Positions 47,164-56,995 of a stretch of 64,000 bases of DNA are shown here, piece by piece. The position numbers and the translations under genes were made by a program. Positions within the stretch are counted from its first letter, which is position 1, and every line of letters starts with the position of its first letter. Below the pieces are notes generated by a model, which saw only the letters and a program-made list of their open reading frames with translations, searched no databases and was not told the DNA's origin. Source of the stretch: a virus (taxonomy: Duplodnaviria > Caudoviricetes); IMG/VR virus record IMGVR_UViG_3300017527_001322, positions 1,843 through 65,842 of that record; one strand, written 5' to 3'.

Positions 47164-47866
47164 CTGGTATATGTTCTAGGAGTGGGACCATCTCACTGTT
47201 CTCTACCCACGCACCAAAGGCACGCTTGCCACGTTCCGTAAGTATGAACCCGGCAGCGAGGCTGTCCTCTGATTTCTGGACAATCATCTTGGCCTGCAGC
47301 AGCTTAGGCCGGATAACGACGGTCCACTGCCGGCCACCACCCTCGGCAGGGCCGAAGAATGGGTCCCAGATGCGACTCCCGAGGCCTTCTTTCATCACCA
47401 GTGCCCTGTAACAGAACGCTTTCCAGCGTTCTTCCGAAGAGCAGAGGTCATGCAGTGTGTACTGGGACTTGCCATCGGTCACCTGGGCGGTTATCAGACC
47501 ACCCGTGCCCCTGGGCGCCCCATGGCCCAGGGCACCTGCCGACTTGATGGTCTCATTGACATCCAGGATACGGAGCCCCTTCCATGCCTCTCTGGTCATC
47601 CAGAGAGCGTTGCCGACAGCCGTGAGCGCACCAAAGGCAACGGCTGCCCAGAAAATTACCTTAGGCTCAACATCCCAATCAAGCACAACGGTCGTCAGGA
47701 TAAAGATGGCCAACGCGCTGGCAGCGGAGACGGCACCCACGAATGCAACCCAGCCAATGAACAGGCCGAGGTCTCCCCTCGTGCCTGGGCGGGTCGCCTT
47801 CTTCTCATAGGTGACCGGAACCACCGAATTCCTGAAGTCGTGCAGCCCTCTCTTCATAGGTCCCAC
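47135..47866 (-). CDS. 2-TM membrane protein with a wHTH-like C-terminus
   Basis: two TM segments; 'FILTERGK'. Confidence 0.65.
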   Translation of the reverse strand: MGPMKRGLHDFRNSVVPVTYEKKATRPGTRGDLGLFIGWVAFVGAVSAASALAIFILTTVVLDWDVEPKVIFWAAVAFGALTAVGNALWMTREAWKGLRILDVNETIKSAGALGHGAPRGTGGLITAQVTDGKSQYTLHDLCSSEERWKAFCYRALVMKEGLGSRIWDPFFGPAEGGGRQWTVVIRPKLLQAKMIVQKSEDSLAAGFILTERGKRAFGAWVENSEMVPLLEHIPDEDIDYVDG

Positions 47867-48022
47867 AACCTTGCCAGATGGAGCAGGATGCCGATGGCAA
47901 GGGAGGTTAGAGGCAGCAGAGAAACGATTATCATGTGTGCGATGTCAAGAGGGTCAAACGGCTCGCGCATGACCTCCAAGAATTCCTCTAGCTGCCCCTG
48001 CTGAAGCATTCGCTCCAGCTCC

Positions 48023-48448
48023 CTACCCTCGATTTTTCTCATTCCACGCCTCGGAGAATTCCATGGCTCTCGCCCTGCCAAACTTCCGCCCAATCTCGAT
48101 TAAGACATCGTCAAACATATCATCCCTGGCATTCTTTTTTGCCTGCTCAACAAGCCGGCCAGAGATACCAACCTGGGCTACGCCGTCTTCGCTCATGTGG
48201 ATTTTTAGGTCGGCCTCATCGACGACGCTCGTCGGCTTCCCAAAAACCTCCAGGTACTCTGCCCAAAGCTGACGAATCTGCTCTGGGTAGAGCGTGGCCA
48301 GAGGATAATCTAGCCAGGTGTCGGTCCCGTCAAACAGGATAAAGCCTGTCTCACCATCCGTGCCGTCAAACGTCCTTATCTGCAGTTCCCTGCTCTTGCT
48401 CATCCTCTTCCTCCATCTCGGGCTCCTCGCCCTGAATTTCCCTGCCAC
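48023..48448 (-). CDS. hypothetical protein
   Basis: operon packing; probable start at MSKSR. Confidence 0.55.
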   Translation of the reverse strand: MAGKFRARSPRWRKRMSKSRELQIRTFDGTDGETGFILFDGTDTWLDYPLATLYPEQIRQLWAEYLEVFGKPTSVVDEADLKIHMSEDGVAQVGISGRLVEQAKKNARDDMFDDVLIEIGRKFGRARAMEFSEAWNEKNRG

Positions 48449-48716
48449 ACCATGGGCAGAGATTCATCATGAGGCGCAACTGGCTAGACCTACTGACAGC
48501 CCCGCCCTTTGTCTTGTTGGCCAGCAGTATATCCATGCCGATGACAGCAAGCCCCCCGGTAGACATCTTCCACTGGATAGAGTCGGATATTGGGAAGGTA
48601 TATGACCTAGCCTTCATCATCCCAATACAACAGTATTCCCTGTCATCCTCACCCACAACCGGCTCGCCGGCCTTGCTGCCAACACGGATAACTTCAAGCC
48701 TCACCACTTTCGCCAT
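48366..48716 (-). CDS. hypothetical protein with CC...CPWCG motif
   Basis: purine-rich RBS; Cys motif common in phage proteins. Confidence 0.6.
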   Translation of the reverse strand: MAKVVRLEVIRVGSKAGEPVVGEDDREYCCIGMMKARSYTFPISDSIQWKMSTGGLAVIGMDILLANKTKGGAVSRSSQLRLMMNLCPWCGREIQGEEPEMEEEDEQEQGTADKDV

Positions 48717-48734
48717 CTCTTCCCTCTCTCTGTT

Positions 48735-49004
48735 TTATTCTACAGCCTCGGAGAAGGCCTCGCTACCACTGGACACTCTAATCACACCGTCCAGTAGCTG
48801 GACATGCACCCTGCCACCACTCATCCTATCAAAGATTAGGTTGAGTGCAGTGACCACAGCTTCCATCCCCCGACGCCGTTCCTTAGATGCTCTCGGTGGC
48901 ACTTGGCCATCACGGTAAATCTGCTGGTAACATGTACCGCACAGACCCCTCGCCTTGTGTGCTTTCTCCTTATGGCACCCAGAGCATTCAACGATTCTAG
49001 CCAT
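48735..49004 (-). CDS. Zn-finger protein
   Basis: CSGC...HKARGLCGTCY; AAGGAG RBS. Confidence 0.7.
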   Translation of the reverse strand: MARIVECSGCHKEKAHKARGLCGTCYQQIYRDGQVPPRASKERRRGMEAVVTALNLIFDRMSGGRVHVQLLDGVIRVSSGSEAFSEAVE

Positions 49005-49034
49005 CGTACTCCTTCTTGTATAGTATACCTGTAG

Positions 49035-49063
49035 AGTATACCACAGATTGTGGCACCTGTCAA
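49035..49063 (-). promoter_or_regulatory. sigma70-type promoter (TGGTATACT class)
   Basis: TTGACA-17-TATACT. Confidence 0.85.
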
Positions 49064-49719
49064 GTGATACCCTGGCGCCACTCATACATGAAGCTGTCGA
49101 AGTTCAGCCGGTCACCCCAGAACACATTCAGGTCAACTGGGCCATGGTGGAACGGTGTCTGGCTCACCGCCATCTGCCACAATTCATAGGGTCTTTTCAT
49201 TTTTCTCCAAGGATATGGAACCCAGGGGTGCCACCGGGCGTTGTGGTGAGCAACCCAGAGGTAGTAGTCTATCGCCCAGTCAGCGTCTGTGCCGATGAGC
49301 CGGTGCCAGAGCGTCCGGCTGGTGTATATCATCGGCTTGACATCCCATCTGCCCCTGAACGCTTCGAGGTGCCCTCTCACCTTATCCTCAGTGAGACCGG
49401 CCTTTTCCACATCACATACCGGTGGCAGGTCCATCTCGCCGAACCGTTCTTGGGCCATCATGATGGCATTGTAGAAAACCTGGGCCTGCCGGCCAACACC
49501 GGGCTGGAGAGCATGGTAGCCGCCCCATGGCATCCCGACCATGCAGGCCTCTTCGACAAAGAACATGGCATCCCGGTCCAGCTTATCCCCCGTGGTGAGC
49601 CTGATGTAGGCCAGGTCCATCCCCTTGTTCTTGGCCCTGGCCAGGCGGAGCGGCTTGCTGCTGCCGCCCTGGGCCTGCGATATGTCGATTCCCCATATTT
49701 CGTGTTTAAGGTGTGACAT
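49060..49719 (-). CDS. GH25 muramidase (endolysin)
   Basis: GIDIS, GGYH, PVCDVE (DxE), IYT, LWVAH, LWQ and VDLNVF motifs. Confidence 0.9.
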   Translation of the reverse strand: MSHLKHEIWGIDISQAQGGSSKPLRLARAKNKGMDLAYIRLTTGDKLDRDAMFFVEEACMVGMPWGGYHALQPGVGRQAQVFYNAIMMAQERFGEMDLPPVCDVEKAGLTEDKVRGHLEAFRGRWDVKPMIYTSRTLWHRLIGTDADWAIDYYLWVAHHNARWHPWVPYPWRKMKRPYELWQMAVSQTPFHHGPVDLNVFWGDRLNFDSFMYEWRQGIT

Positions 49720-50593
49720 TGTCCAACTCCTCCTGTGCTTCCATCAACTTCAAGTCAGCACTGGCCATGTCCACTCTGGCGCCGGTAATGAGCGCATCCA
49801 CCTTTTCCAGGTCTGGCTCATCACCATTCTCTGCCTCGAACACAGCACCAACAGTGCAGTCGTAGGCAGGCATGGTAAACTCCACCGGGTTCTCGCTGGT
49901 CTCGATTTCTCCACGCCAGGTGAGGAACCTCCAGTTCTGGTAGGTGACTGCATTCAGCCAAACCTTCTCCTCGGGCCTGTAGGTTTCCTTTTCTGGGGTT
50001 TTGGTGACCGCTCCGCGCTCTGGGTCGGCCCATATCTGGAGCCTGTATTCATCAAGTGGCGGTTCGTCGGGAACCAACACGTACATAACTGCGCACGAGC
50101 AGTGGTCTCCGTACTCGCTGGGCCACCAGCCAACATTCGCAATCCTCCTGGCCGGCATGATAAAGTCCTTGCTCTCAACGTAGAGAATTGGATGGCCAGG
50201 ATAAGGGTCAAACCGGTCTGGTTTCAGGCTCCAGTCTTTGGCGGAACCCATGGCGAACTTGGCAGCCGCCATGAGGCTGCCATCTGGCGTGATGTGCGGC
50301 GTGAAGTCGACGACCCACTTATTACCCCAGGCTTCCACTACCAGGTGGTAGCTGGAACGATTTGATGGCATGTCGCCGCTGCTGTCCTCAAGCCTAACCC
50401 AGAGCTCATGGCTGTCTATCTGCATTATAGCGGCGACCTGGGCTGTTAACGGAGAGCCGCTGACAGGGTCGCCAGGCAGGAATGCCTGCCCCATTTCCTC
50501 TCTAAAAACCTCTTCAGTTACCGGTACCGGCTGTCCGTTTTCGAAACCCAGGTGGTACACGGGCTCTGAGTTCTGCTTTTGATATTCCTGCAT
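49706..50593 (-). CDS. unknown domain plus InlB B-repeat-like domain plus C-terminal helix
   Basis: 'G.V...P....Y...V.L.A....WRFLTW.G......NP..FTM.....V.AVF'. Confidence 0.75.
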   Translation of the reverse strand: MQEYQKQNSEPVYHLGFENGQPVPVTEEVFREEMGQAFLPGDPVSGSPLTAQVAAIMQIDSHELWVRLEDSSGDMPSNRSSYHLVVEAWGNKWVVDFTPHITPDGSLMAAAKFAMGSAKDWSLKPDRFDPYPGHPILYVESKDFIMPARRIANVGWWPSEYGDHCSCAVMYVLVPDEPPLDEYRLQIWADPERGAVTKTPEKETYRPEEKVWLNAVTYQNWRFLTWRGEIETSENPVEFTMPAYDCTVGAVFEAENGDEPDLEKVDALITGARVDMASADLKLMEAQEELDNVTP

Positions 50594-50873
50594 ATTCTAT
50601 CTCTCCTAATGCATATTTCGTCTCTAGTGTCTTTAACTCGATTATCTCGTGCGTGGTTCTTGACCCCCTACTAGAGCGAACGAAGACCTTTCCATAGTCC
50701 TCATCGACGGCCAGAATATTGTAAACAGTGATATTCGAACCTGGGGGGTCGCCGGGCTTAGCCCAGCGCACAAGACGAATGCGACGGCCAGGAGAGAACA
50801 TCACCTCCGGGCCATGTATCGGCGTCCTAATCCCTCTAGGACGCCCAGGACCTTTACCTTCGGCTCTTCCCAT
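50514..50873 (-). CDS. basic hypothetical protein
   Basis: AAGGAG RBS; operon packing. Confidence 0.5.
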   Translation of the reverse strand: MGRAEGKGPGRPRGIRTPIHGPEVMFSPGRRIRLVRWAKPGDPPGSNITVYNILAVDEDYGKVFVRSSRGSRTTHEIIELKTLETKYALGEIEYAGISKAELRARVPPGFRKRTAGTGN

Positions 50874-51495
50874 TTAGAGCTCTCCTTGCTGTGCTGGTGC
50901 TGACCGACGCCTTTAGGGCCAGCTCTTCCACAGTAATCCCAGGCTCCATGACGAGCACTGTCTGTGCTCGCTGCAACTTTGTCATTCCGCTTTCAAATTG
51001 GGGGGCTTCCTCCTCCTCTTTTTGTTCCTGGGCAGTCGGCTGGTACTGGCCAATCACCTCGGCCAGGGCAAAGGTTATCAGGGAGATGAGCCCGGTGGCC
51101 AGCAAGCCAACAACTGCCTGGATAGGGTCGATGTCCGACACATTGGCTACGGTGAGCTGTTCACCGTACCTGATATAGTGTCCCTCGACGACGTTTGCGA
51201 CGAAGGATACACCCACAAGGGTGGCGAGCACAGCATAGAAGAAGACCGTGTCAAGGGTCTTCTCTCTGCGCTCCCCAATCTGGAGACTCATGACCACGAC
51301 GGTGACCTCTACAGCCAGGGCCGCCCCGTAGCCAACCCATGGCTCCATTGAGTACCGGGCGAGGAGTGCTCCCGTGTGAAACAGGTTGTAGTTGAGAAGA
51401 AGAATCAGTGCAAAGAAGCCGCCCAGGACCTTAACATAGAATCTGGGCTGGCTTGTAATAGCCAATCTCCACCGTTGCAACATACCCATTGCCAA
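50854..51495 (-). CDS. 4-TM membrane protein with a C-terminal HTH (DUF2637/SpdA-like)
   Basis: four TM segments; 'ITVEELALKASVSTSTARR'. Confidence 0.7.
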   Translation of the reverse strand: MAMGMLQRWRLAITSQPRFYVKVLGGFFALILLLNYNLFHTGALLARYSMEPWVGYGAALAVEVTVVVMSLQIGERREKTLDTVFFYAVLATLVGVSFVANVVEGHYIRYGEQLTVANVSDIDPIQAVVGLLATGLISLITFALAEVIGQYQPTAQEQKEEEEAPQFESGMTKLQRAQTVLVMEPGITVEELALKASVSTSTARRALNGKSRR

Positions 51496-51811
51496 TCTCT
51501 CTCTCCTGCTGCGCCCAATCTACCCAGCAATCATTCGGGAAAACTATACCCTGTGCAGAATCTTCGATGGCCTTCATCGAGTTGGTCAAGTCCCTTCTAT
51601 GCAGGTTCTTCCTGACAACAAACTTGACCTTAATCCAGATTGGCCGACGCTCCAACATTTCCCAGCCGTTCTCCAGCATTTGAATCTTGTACTGCCAGGC
51701 CACCGCTTCTTGGGAATCCAGGTATCGCTGGGCATCCCCTCTGACCCACTTGCCCCTCTGCGTCATCCTTGTGTACGGAACGACATCACCCTCGATGATA
51801 AAACGGTACAT
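51431..51811 (-). CDS. rusA: RusA-family Holliday junction resolvase
   Basis: 'RRDLTNSMKAIEDSAQGIVFPNDCWV' (DxxNxxKxxxD...ND). Confidence 0.88.
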   Translation of the reverse strand: MYRFIIEGDVVPYTRMTQRGKWVRGDAQRYLDSQEAVAWQYKIQMLENGWEMLERRPIWIKVKFVVRKNLHRRDLTNSMKAIEDSAQGIVFPNDCWVDWAQQEREIGNGYVATVEIGYYKPAQILC

Positions 51812-52074
51812 CAGTCCTCGTGCGTCGGATTCCTGACGCCTATGTCGTAGTAGTTGAAGAGATACTGGGCTCGACGGGAAGTACCCTCTTGGACAACGAT
51901 GAAAAGTCCTCCGTCGAAGTGCCCACAGCCATGTACCACGACATCGTTCTCGGTAAGGATGTCGCACAGCTCGTCGTGGTCGAACCCCGAGTCGACCACA
52001 TAGAACGTGTAGGTTGGGCCATACACGATTTCCAGATGTTCGATTTTGTCATGGTCAATCCAGTTGTGCATCAC
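51811..52074 (-). CDS. hypothetical protein
   Basis: operon packing. Confidence 0.55.
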   Translation of the reverse strand: MMHNWIDHDKIEHLEIVYGPTYTFYVVDSGFDHDELCDILTENDVVVHGCGHFDGGLFIVVQEGTSRRAQYLFNYYDIGVRNPTHED

Positions 52075-53017
52075 ATTCTGGCATGGTAGACCACCAATCG
52101 CCCATGGCGGTACGTTTCCACGTCAGACTTCCGTCCCTTTCTTGCCACTGAAAGTTTAGTGGCACCCAGGATTCTCCTGGCCTGCCTGGAATCCAATGGC
52201 CATAGTACTTGAAGCCAGAGGTCCAGTAGGCGTAACGCTCGATGCTGTCATTCTGCTCCATCCAGCAGAGGAACCTTGTGTTCTCCTCAATCAATCGGTC
52301 GTACGAGCGGGTCATCCCCGGTATGGCACCCAACTCAGTTACCCACGATTCTGTCAGCCCGTAGAGCGCCATCTCATTGGCTAGAGTATCGACGAGATAC
52401 GAGCAGGGCACGAAATCTCCATAGCAGTGGAAGCAGTTCCTGAAAAGCGCCGGGTCCGGTCCCTTCCCGGTGAGCTGTGTGTAAATCGTCCAAAATGTTT
52501 GAAGGTATTGCACTGCGTCAGTCGTACCAGCAGGACATGGAGCCACAATCACCTGGTCATCGCCGAGGTATTCCCTGAGTCGAATGACAAGCCGTACTTG
52601 CTCCTCAATCGAGGGACACTCAAAGACAGCGGCGTTGCACTCGTTGAGCGCCATTACAAAGTCGCCGGTCACCAGGAGCTCTTCTTCTATCACCCGGTCG
52701 ATAAGGTATGGCCTGTCAAAGTATCGGACAAACTCAACATCCTCATATCCGTGGTCATACCAGCCGTAGTACCACGAGGAATGCCGCAAAGCAACCTCAG
52801 GGCTTACCTGGCCAATACTTAAACCCTTCTTGGGGCTACGGCGCTCTAGGCCGGCCTCTTTGCCCACAAGCGGCAGATAGATTGGCGACAGGAATTCTGT
52901 GCGAACGAACCCCGAGGTGGGTAGTGGGCTAACGCTAGAAGGCGCCTCGCCGGGCAGGCTGCAGGCGCCTGCAAGCAGAATAATGATAAGCGCTAATGCC
53001 ACATTGGTCTTTTCCAT
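52055..53017 (-). CDS. lipoprotein glycoside hydrolase (clan GH-A, GH128-like)
   Basis: LAGAC lipobox; KKGL, SWYYGW, NE, HCY, WVTE and ERYAYW motifs. Confidence 0.75.
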   Translation of the reverse strand: MEKTNVALALIIILLAGACSLPGEAPSSVSPLPTSGFVRTEFLSPIYLPLVGKEAGLERRSPKKGLSIGQVSPEVALRHSSWYYGWYDHGYEDVEFVRYFDRPYLIDRVIEEELLVTGDFVMALNECNAAVFECPSIEEQVRLVIRLREYLGDDQVIVAPCPAGTTDAVQYLQTFWTIYTQLTGKGPDPALFRNCFHCYGDFVPCSYLVDTLANEMALYGLTESWVTELGAIPGMTRSYDRLIEENTRFLCWMEQNDSIERYAYWTSGFKYYGHWIPGRPGESWVPLNFQWQERDGSLTWKRTAMGDWWSTMPECDAQLD

Positions 53018-53160
53018 GTATCGTCCTCTTCAGTGGACTTGTCGGCCTCTTTTAAGCCAAGAAAGATTACGGCCAGGCCGACGAGAGCGTACAACATTGG
53101 GCTCAGGCAGCACAATCCCCCAAGCACCCCCAACAGAAATTCATGCATTAGCCACCTCCC

Positions 53161-53430
53161 TCACAGTGTCGGCCCTTGCTGCTCGAACATCTGAGACATG
53201 CACCACATGACAAAGGAGATGAACACAATAAACACAGCACCGCCAACGATAATACCGATGGAGTCTGTGCTGACGTGGCTCTCTTCCACATACTGCACCT
53301 GGTCGATGTCGTTGCCAATAGCAACCTGCGAGCCGCACCCGGACAGCACGAAGAGAATTATTCCGCACACCACTGCTACCCACAGAAGCATAAAGATACC
53401 TGCAAATGTCCGACGCTCTTCAGAATGCAT
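53161..53430 (-). CDS. small lipoprotein or membrane protein
   Basis: LSGC lipobox and a second TM segment. Confidence 0.55.
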   Translation of the reverse strand: MHSEERRTFAGIFMLLWVAVVCGIILFVLSGCGSQVAIGNDIDQVQYVEESHVSTDSIGIIVGGAVFIVFISFVMWCMSQMFEQQGPTL

Positions 53431-53797
53431 CTCTTTCTCCCATCAGCACCTCATCCTGCAATATGTGCCGGACGGCCATGCTCACCAGGCCGATGCCGGC
53501 GGCTGCCGCATTAGCCTCGTTATCAAAGTAACTTGGCACCCTGTTCGTAATACCATCCACATCGACCATGAAGCCCTTGCCAGGAACGTAGACGATAGCC
53601 GCCGGCAGCTTCAGTTCCCTGGAAAGACCAAAAAACTGGCGCACGTAGTCATTCGGGTGCTCATAGCGCACCCTGCGGAGAGCCACCCTGGCCCGGCATC
53701 CAAGGCAGTCACACTCAGTCTGTGAAGCGCTGGACACCTGGTTCAGAACGCTGTTGATATTGATTGCGATTGTCTCCTGGTCAACTATGAACGCCAC
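53420..53797 (-). CDS. hypothetical protein
   Basis: operon packing. Confidence 0.55.
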   Translation of the reverse strand: MAFIVDQETIAININSVLNQVSSASQTECDCLGCRARVALRRVRYEHPNDYVRQFFGLSRELKLPAAIVYVPGKGFMVDVDGITNRVPSYFDNEANAAAAGIGLVSMAVRHILQDEVLMGERDAF

Positions 53798-53997
53798 GAC
53801 TCGTTCCTTTCCCTTGAGGCAAAAATCATCTCCCTAAGGGCTCCCAATAGCCCAATCTGGGCTGCCACCTCTGCACGCCTCAGGGCCAGTGCTGTGGATG
53901 CCTCTTGCGCATCCCGGTCAAATGCCATCCTGTAGTACTTTTCCGCCTCCTCCGACCAGTTTATGAGTTTGTGCGGAGCATCCCATGGTAGCGCCAT
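53785..53997 (-). CDS. hypothetical protein
   Basis: AGGAGGT RBS after the promoter. Confidence 0.65.
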   Translation of the reverse strand: MALPWDAPHKLINWSEEAEKYYRMAFDRDAQEASTALALRRAEVAAQIGLLGALREMIFASRERNESWRS

Positions 53998-54025
53998 TCT
54001 GTACCTCCTGTATCGTTACATGTAG

Positions 54026-54054
54026 AGTATACCATAAAAGAGCAATGCGGTCAA
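54026..54054 (-). promoter_or_regulatory. sigma70-type promoter (TGGTATACT class)
   Basis: TTGACC-17-TATACT. Confidence 0.8.
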
Positions 54055-54356
54055 GGTATCTTCTCAAGCCACCTGGCCACTTCGCTCTGTGGCTTCGATT
54101 GGTAGTGCGCCAGGCACCAGGTGTAGCAGCCTGCTGTATACACCTCGCCATCATCGCGCCAGAAGGCCACAACGACGGTCTCGTCGATGTTGGGCGACTC
54201 CTCCAGAACCCCGGTTACAAACCCAAACTCGGTTTCTGGGTGACTGATGTCCTGTGGGTTGTGTGGCGCGAAGTAGGCGACCTGGTCGCCACGTTTAAAA
54301 GCCCCTGACCTTCCCTGCTCGGCACCTGCTGCCGGCTGAACTCTTTCATAGACCAT
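54051..54356 (-). CDS. hypothetical protein
   Basis: 'FKRGDQVAY.P.....HPE.E.GFVT' motif; GGAGG RBS. Confidence 0.65.
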   Translation of the reverse strand: MVYERVQPAAGAEQGRSGAFKRGDQVAYFAPHNPQDISHPETEFGFVTGVLEESPNIDETVVVAFWRDDGEVYTAGCYTWCLAHYQSKPQSEVARWLEKIP

Positions 54357-54357
54357 T

Positions 54358-55755
54358 TTATCCTCCAAGCTCCTTGGTAGCAGCGTCAAGCCTGGCCACG
54401 CCCGAGGCCAGGTCAACCCTAGAGCTGGCGACAAGGGCTTGCAGCTTTTCGAGGTCCCCCTGGGCATTCTTTAATTCCTCTAGGGCAGCTATGATTGGCT
54501 TCTCGTACTCGTATGGCGGCATGTGCCAGGAGCTAACCCAGGCGTCCCACTCCCAGCCAACACTGCCGGCAGTACACATGGCACCGTCAGCCAGAATCCA
54601 GGGGCAGTAGGCAAAGTATGGGTGTGGCTGGCTGAGTACTTCCACAGTCCTCTTGGCAACCATGTCTGGAGAGGTGTATGGCATCCGGTAGTCGATTCCG
54701 GCACCAGAGCCAGGCCGGTCCTTTGGACACCACCCACCCTCGCCAAGCATCATCGGAACCACGTAGCCAAAGACATCAATGGAATAGGCGATAGTACGCT
54801 CGTGGCCACGGTGGCACACATCGTCGGCCACTGCGTTGGTCCAGTTCACCGGGTCGGCCAGTTGGCGTCGAAGAGTATTGATTCGCCCCAAACTTAGAGC
54901 CAGTGTAAGTTCTTCGTCGGTCACCGGCCAGCCATTCTCGTCGTACACGAGGTTGCCGTTGCCATCCCTGAGCTGGACCCAAATCTCCATCCAGTCCTTA
55001 TGCATCCAGTACGGTCCCAGGGCTTCACGGTACTCCTGGGGAGTAAGCGGCGTGCCCTCTCTGGTCGCCGAGTCATATGGGTAGTCCTTGTGACGCCCCT
55101 TGGCATAGTTGTGGGCGACGTAGAAGCCCAGGCCTTCGTCGAATATCCAGCGCTCCTGAGCGCCGGCAAACCAGGCGAAGGGGTTGATTGACCAGGAGGG
55201 GCCATCCGGTAGGCCAAAGAGCCCACCGTTGTTGACGATTTGCTTGGCCGCCTCCCGGAGGTTCTTGCCAATGATGGCCAAGGCTTCTTCCTTGGGCGGT
55301 CTCTTCTGGTTGGGCCATTCCCTGGGGTCAAGTGGCTCGTTGCCGGCCTTAATCATTGGCCTGAGGCCATACTTGGCATAGATTGGCACCATCTGCTTCA
55401 GCGTGTCTACCCCCTGGTAGCCTGGGCCAAACTGCATGGACTCACGGACCATCGGGATAACGCCAGCCTGAAGCAAGCGCTCGATTGGCGACAAGCCATC
55501 AATGGGCTTGACGGCAGAATCACCCACGTTGATGAGTTCGGCAAAGCTGATGCCTGTGCGCTCGAAGAGGTCTGCCCAGTACGGAAACTTCTCGTTGGTA
55601 GCCCAGCCGCCATGATAGCCAAACGGCACCAAGTGGGCACCCACCGGTGTCACCGGGCGCCCACTGACTGCAGATGGCAGGTCGAGTTGCATGTACTCAA
55701 ACGTATGGAGCAGCGCCGGGTCCCACCAAGCTGACAATTCCTGAAGTGTTCTCAA
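54358..55755 (-). CDS. putative clan GH-A glycoside hydrolase with a C-terminal helix
   Basis: GNEP (acid/base), AHNY, GEGGW (nucleophile) and CPWI motifs. Confidence 0.7.
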   Translation of the reverse strand: MRTLQELSAWWDPALLHTFEYMQLDLPSAVSGRPVTPVGAHLVPFGYHGGWATNEKFPYWADLFERTGISFAELINVGDSAVKPIDGLSPIERLLQAGVIPMVRESMQFGPGYQGVDTLKQMVPIYAKYGLRPMIKAGNEPLDPREWPNQKRPPKEEALAIIGKNLREAAKQIVNNGGLFGLPDGPSWSINPFAWFAGAQERWIFDEGLGFYVAHNYAKGRHKDYPYDSATREGTPLTPQEYREALGPYWMHKDWMEIWVQLRDGNGNLVYDENGWPVTDEELTLALSLGRINTLRRQLADPVNWTNAVADDVCHRGHERTIAYSIDVFGYVVPMMLGEGGWCPKDRPGSGAGIDYRMPYTSPDMVAKRTVEVLSQPHPYFAYCPWILADGAMCTAGSVGWEWDAWVSSWHMPPYEYEKPIIAALEELKNAQGDLEKLQALVASSRVDLASGVARLDAATKELGG

Positions 55756-56048
55756 TGCCTAACCTCCTCGCCGGCGCACTCCCTAACGTCTTCAGGGAGA
55801 AAGTAGAATGGCCACGTGACCTCATTCCGCCGGAGCCCACTCGGGCACAGCTTGACCTCCATGGCTCTAGCGGCGTCCATGACCCGCTGCGGGAAGGCTG
55901 TACCCGTCAGCATGAGGAACCAGGCAACCAGGTCCTGAAAGCGAACGGTCTCATCCAGAATCTTCTGGACTTCAGGATGCTGGCACTGGCTCCGGTTGAC
56001 ACCAATTATGCCCCCACGATGAATACAGTTTGCACAATCTGGCTTCAT
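55752..56048 (-). CDS. Cys-rich hypothetical protein
   Basis: CANC.H...C.HP...WPFYF.P...EC.G phage motif. Confidence 0.65.
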   Translation of the reverse strand: MKPDCANCIHRGGIIGVNRSQCQHPEVQKILDETVRFQDLVAWFLMLTGTAFPQRVMDAARAMEVKLCPSGLRRNEVTWPFYFLPEDVRECAGEEVRH

Positions 56049-56051
56049 GAC

Positions 56052-56387
56052 TCACCACATGTAGGCGCAGATGAATATCTTGGCCTCTTGGTCAAACACC
56101 CTTTTGAAGATGACCTTCGCCAGGGCAATCTCTATCCCCGGGTCGGAAATCTCCTTGTACGAGTAAGACCCAGAGTCTGCAATCTCGAAGCCGAAGATAC
56201 CACGGTCCCAGTTCTCGGCGCGAAGATGGCGAAGTGACAGGCCAGTGCCCTTGATTTGCGGATGGTTCCAGTAGCCGTCTGCCTCAGCCAGCTCGCTGAG
56301 GGAATCGAGCTCAAGCTCGACCCCCTCCCAATTGAAATCCTCTTCGCGGACTCCGACCATTATCTTGCCGTTAATGTCGACACCCAT
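56052..56387 (-). CDS. hypothetical protein
   Basis: AAGGAG RBS. Confidence 0.65.
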   Translation of the reverse strand: MGVDINGKIMVGVREEDFNWEGVELELDSLSELAEADGYWNHPQIKGTGLSLRHLRAENWDRGIFGFEIADSGSYSYKEISDPGIEIALAKVIFKRVFDQEAKIFICAYMW

Positions 56388-56413
56388 CAGTTTGCACTCT
56401 CCTTTGGTTTTGG

Positions 56414-56995
56414 TTATCGCCCTGTTTTACTGCCCAGGGCTGGCAGCCCTTCCTGCTGCTTGATACGCATCTGGCCCTCGCTGAACCAGCGTCGAAGACC
56501 GTGGGAGAAACTCTGAATCCGGTTCTCCTCCATCTGCTCTCTGGTCGCCCAGCCGACCACCCTGCCCTGCTTGTTCTCCATGTCGATGAACATCAGAATC
56601 AGGATGTCGGCAACGATGTGTTTGCGCCACTGGCCCTTTTCGCGCCTCGGGTCATCCGGTTCAAGGTACTCCATCAGGTAGATACCGCCGTACTCGTCTT
56701 CATAGGTCGTCGCCTTTATGTCGTAGCCGACTTCTCCAATCCTGAAGTCTACCCCACCGTCGCCCTCCGGTCGCATCGCCTTGTCCATCGGCACCCCAGT
56801 GAGCTCTTCAAAGACCTGCTCCCCCAGAAACCCAACGAAGTTGGTATCGTGCCGCGAGTAGCGCCTGGTGGACTTGTAGTTCCGCTTGACCTCAGTCCAG
56901 AGGCGGCCCCTCTCGCTATGCTCGTCCAAGAAGGGAGCAAGGTCAACCCAGTGCCCGTCACCCACCGTACCCCTCCGAATACAGCGTATCAGCAT
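56414..56995 (-). CDS. PD-(D/E)xK nuclease-like protein
   Basis: 'GFLGE...DGGVDF...YDIKAT...VVGW'. Confidence 0.65.
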   Translation of the reverse strand: MLIRCIRRGTVGDGHWVDLAPFLDEHSERGRLWTEVKRNYKSTRRYSRHDTNFVGFLGEQVFEELTGVPMDKAMRPEGDGGVDFRIGEVGYDIKATTYEDEYGGIYLMEYLEPDDPRREKGQWRKHIVADILILMFIDMENKQGRVVGWATREQMEENRIQSFSHGLRRWFSEGQMRIKQQEGLPALGSKTGR

